Shown: positions 60,607-64,000 of the stretch, piece by piece | How positions within the stretch are numbered: the stretch's first letter is position 1 | Layout of the letters: each line of letters opens with the position of its first letter | Assembly: GCF_000711695.1 (NCBI RefSeq) | Contig: NW_013547020.1 | Location: 310,001-374,000 of the forward strand | Origin: Tilletiaria anomala UBC 951 | Lineage: Eukaryota | Direction: 5' to 3' | DNA length: 64,000 nt | The notes under the pieces: model-generated | Database searches by the model: none | Told to the model about the DNA's origin: nothing | The model's input: only the letters and a program-made list of their open reading frames with translations | Made by a program: the position numbers and the translations under genes

Positions 60607-62231
60607 GCTACGCTTCCCTCCATCGCAACCAGCTCAATCAATTGCCACTTCGCGGGTGTGGGTCCAGACTGTAACATCGGTCGGACCACAGCGGAGCGTA
60701 GAGAACACAAACAGACATCAGGTGGGCACAGCTACAATGCCAAGGCTAGATTGATGAAGGTATTTTGACGCGAGCCCCAACTGCATATTTATTTACCGCC
60801 ATCGGGGACGTACTTGGGCATCTGCTCGCAGCTAGCAGACATTCAAGGCAATGTGCATCTTCTCAACATCCCGTTGCATTAATGCCTAAAGCATGAAGGC
60901 TTGTATTTCGCGAGTCTTTTCATTCTCGATAATTACATGTGGTATCGCAGGCGCAAGGGGGGCAAGGGTGCTTATGCCAGTGCACAGGGACCGTCGCTCG
61001 AAGCTGTGCTCGTTTCCCAGGCGCAGGGAAATGTTTTGACAACACTTGGCCTCGTCGACCAGTACGACGATCGGACAGCTAAGGACAAACGCCCGAAAGC
61101 CGATGACGGAAAGCAGATGCAGGACAAAAAGCATTTCACACTCCCATCGCCGACTTCGACGCCAACACCTCTCTTCGATTCTTGCGCAGTGGTCTCCGTC
61201 ACGGAGTTCCATCACGAGAAGGACTTGCATTTCTCAAGCGGCTCGGCTAACAGCTGAGCGCTGCGCTGGCTGTCTAGGTCATTTCTGTTCATCCTGATGT
61301 AGATTTGACTGTCACGTGGATTTAATGCAATTTTGATTTTAAAATGGGAGACGCGATGAGCATTGTGCAACGTACGGTGTGAAGTGAATAGTTGGGTGAT
61401 TGATGAGATATCGGGCTCGATCAGAATGTCAAGATCTAGCAACTGCTTATCTCACTGGACACCCAATTCCGAGAGGTGATACTCGGCATCTATGATTCCA
61501 GGCCCACGATTGTTATAAGCGGAGAATGCCATGTCTCGCAGTATCTTCTTTTGTGGTGTCTTGATGCGTCAGCGTGAGGCTAGCGAGTGCATTGGGGTGC
61601 ACTTTAAGGAAGACAATAGAGCCCTGCCTCACAAATTATGAAATTGAGCTCACGGCTGGACTATCGAATGTATTGCAGCCGCACGGGCCCGCTGTTGCAT
61701 CGTAGGGACAAGATTGCCCATTTCAAAGGGACATCACGTTGGAATGGCGGAGCCCGCCGTGCAAACCCCTTGAAGGCCTCAGGTACTACAATACGGGCTG
61801 AGCAATGACTCATGCCGTGAAGTCATCCCAACTATAGCTCTGCATCAAGCCTCGCAACTCACGCTCCAAACGTAATTACCAAGCTTCTGATCAGAATCTC
61901 CATCTCCTTCGTTCCAAGCTGATAAATCAGAGTATCAAACAAATGCCACCGTGGAACCCGGTTGACCATCGGGGTCAATCGCCGCTCCTTGAATGGTCGA
62001 AAGTGAGTGAACTGCACTTCTAGCTCAGATTCGAAAGACCCGTAAATCTATTTGATCCGCCTTGACGTCGTTGCGCCAGTAACAATTTGGTGGCTAGATG
62101 CAGCATCCGCCGTAGCTGTCAGCAAATTAAAATCCAGCACAAAGTACAGCAGGTAAATTCGGCACGAGCGAGCAGGTGATGGTGAGGTGAAAAATAAAAT
62201 CAAATAAAAAATCAGAACAGCAAAAATAAAC

Positions 62232-62337
62232 TGCCTCCTAAGAGATTTGAACTCTTGATCTTCGCATTCATCCCAACTCGCGCATTATCACACGAATGTA
62301 GTACAAGTGCGACGCTGTACCCCTTAGCCAAAGAGGC
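62232..62337 (-). tRNA. tRNA-Thr(UGU) with a 34-nt intron
   Basis: Minus strand: acceptor GCCTCTT/AGGAGGC-A, D arm TGGCTAAGGGGTACAGC, anticodon stem TCGCA/TGCGA with loop CT-TGT-A^A, T arm AAGAG-TTCAAAT-CTCTT, downstream T tract; 72 + 34 nt. Confidence 0.93.
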
Positions 62338-62759
62338 ATTGTTCCACATCCACTGAACCTTTAGCTTCTTAGCTCATGTAAGTATGTCCAGCTACGTAAA
62401 ATATGTCACGGCCGAGAGCGTTATTCCTTGGAGGCCCCGATGACGTCGTTTCATCTGCCGCTCATCCCCTTTAGCGCCAAAGGCAATTGGAGCTTTCAAC
62501 TGCCCAGGTGTGCAGTGTGCCGCATCAGCCGAGAAAGAGCACAGCCGACAACCTCTCGCATTCGTTTCTGCGAAAGCAAGATCGCAGGACTTCACGTTCT
62601 TCTCCCACATCCTGCTTGCTCACTATTGGTTGAAGCTGTGTCCCTGGGTGTTTGAGGTGCAGATAGCCAGGCTCAACAGGCACATTTAACGAGATAGGCC
62701 AGCACCAGATCTGGCACTTTGCAGGGGTGTTCAAACCCAGCTGTAGCAAGTCGAATAGG

Positions 62760-64000
62760 ATGCCGCAGGTCAAGATCATCAACGACACACTCCTGCCGCT
62801 GCACATTTGCCTCAAGCAAGTCTCGCCGCTGTACTATGCTAACAATATTGAACCCTCTGGAGGTGAAGCGGTCTTCAATCCAGGCGCGGTGTGGTTTACC
62901 ATAGAGGCAAGGATCGCGCAGATTAAAAAGGAAAGCGAGAAGGCGGAGAACGAGTACACACGTTGGGACACGTGGGTTCAATGGTCAGATCTTGCATCTC
63001 TTGATGAGGGCATGGCTGACGCAAATACTTTTCGCAGATACGTACCGATCGCAGCAGTCTCCGTGGCCGTCCTCTCTCTGGGGGTAGGCGCAGTCTACGT
63101 GGCAGGCACAGCTGCGGCAACTGGATCCATTTCAGGCATGCTCACCGCCATTTCGACCGACATGGCCGTGTCACTACCGACGGTCCGGCGGCTGTACAAG
63201 TATGCCAAGCAAGGACAGCGTGTGGTTCATATCGGTCAGGTAATCGGCATTGGCAATGAGAGCTCTTTGACGAACAAGCTTGCTGGAGTCACCACAGCTA
63301 CTCCGGGCACTAGCTCAAGCGGCAACAAATGGAGATGGCTCGGTAAAAAGCAGGGGTCGCCAGAAGATGCTAAAGCATTGAATAAAGCTGAGGGCAAAGG
63401 GCAGGGGCAACAGCTGCAGCGCAAAGCAGAAAAAGAGGTAGAGAACTCAGTCGCTAGAGCACTGAAGAACCTCCTTGACGGCTCTGTGCTCAGCTCTTAT
63501 GGCTGGTTCATGTCCAAGGAGCGCACGCTGCACATCATCGGCGGTCCGCGTGCGACCGAGGTCGAAGGGTTCTTGGTCATCGAAACGGACACTTACGAGC
63601 CGTTCCGCATCGTCGATGAGAAAGGAGAAATCGTCGGAATAGGTGTGGAGGAAGTCCCTGACGCTACCGAAGGAGAGAAAGCTGCAGCGTTGGATGCAGT
63701 CGCTGCTGTCAAAGGGGGCCAGGCGCACCCCGAAAGTGAAGGAATGCCCGAGTCGTTTAAGGGAGGAAATGGCAAGAATATGCCGCCTTGGAAGGAGCGC
63801 CTGGTCGCCTCGTTAAACAGTGCAACTACACAGACCTGCGCTACGCTCGCAGAATGGAAGATGTATGCCACAAAGCAAGCGGAGACCGCCCAGGAGTACG
63901 TGAAAGCTCGCAGTGGTATTCCGGCGGCCGACAAAGCAGAGATGCAAGCGAGAGGTTGGGAGATAGGTCTTGTGGAGCACACTGAGGCGGAAGGGGCCAA
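62760..64000 (+). CDS. Hypothetical fungal protein with one hydrophobic segment, 3'-truncated by the window edge
   Basis: ATG 62760 (MPQVKIINDTLLPLHICLKQVSPLYY...VWFTIEAR), intron 62972-63037 (GTGGGT...GCTGAC...CAG), then open frame (YVPIAAVSVAVLSLGVGAV...) toward the window end. Confidence 0.75.
   Translation, partial: MPQVKIINDTLLPLHICLKQVSPLYYANNIEPSGGEAVFNPGAVWFTIEARIAQIKKESEKAENEYTRWDTWVQWSDLASLDEGMADANTFRRYVPIAAVSVAVLSLGVGAVYVAGTAAATGSISGMLTAISTDMAVSLPTVRRLYKYAKQGQRVVHIGQVIGIGNESSLTNKLAGVTTATPGTSSSGNKWRWLGKKQGSPEDAKALNKAEGKGQGQQLQRKAEKEVENSVARALKNLLDGSVLSSYGWFMSKERTLHIIGGPRATEVEGFLVIETDTYEPFRIVDEKGEIVGIGVEEVPDATEGEKAAALDAVAAVKGGQAHPESEGMPESFKGGNGKNMPPWKERLVASLNSATTQTCATLAEWKMYATKQAETAQEYVKARSGIPAADKAEMQARGWEIGLVEHTEAEGA

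Noticed and set aside
61805..61813. Perfect ATGACTCAT Gcn4 site
   Set aside because: About 950 nt from the nearest ATG, with a tRNA in between; compatible with chance.

Overview
Gene-dense, intron-rich fungal genomic DNA, most likely a basidiomycete of the smut-related Ustilaginomycotina type (inferred from short GT-AG introns with CTRAY branch sites, GC content and gene style). About 21 protein-coding genes can be modelled: alpha-arrestin (partial), two MFS sugar porters, a GPI-type Ser/Thr-rich protein, a GCN4/CpcA bZIP, TYR1, a PX-domain protein, a VPS9-domain/PPC-decarboxylase fusion, an ARA2-like aldo-keto reductase, a YPL260W/CUB1-like protein, TatD, FAL1/eIF4A3, PRP9, NAPE-PLD/FMP30, ARG7, RRP6, a WDR26/GID7-like protein, YOS9, an HPP protein and two hypotheticals. 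There is also an intron-containing tRNA-Thr(UGU). Highlights: (1) an unassigned ~330-nt, strongly base-paired RNA inside an intron-like segment of an apparently non-coding locus (27.1-27.5 kb); (2) a single ORF fusing a Rab5-GEF VPS9 domain to a complete CoA-pathway PPC decarboxylase; (3) a GCN4 leader with two uORFs and a 777-nt stop-free, AUG-free in-frame extension; (4) a hidden 119-codon C-terminal extension behind the stop codon of a sugar porter; (5) a candidate non-AUG extension of the WDR26-like gene; (6) a decayed gene with an internal repeat at 55.5-58.4 kb. All gene models and pairings were worked out by eye; no searches were run.
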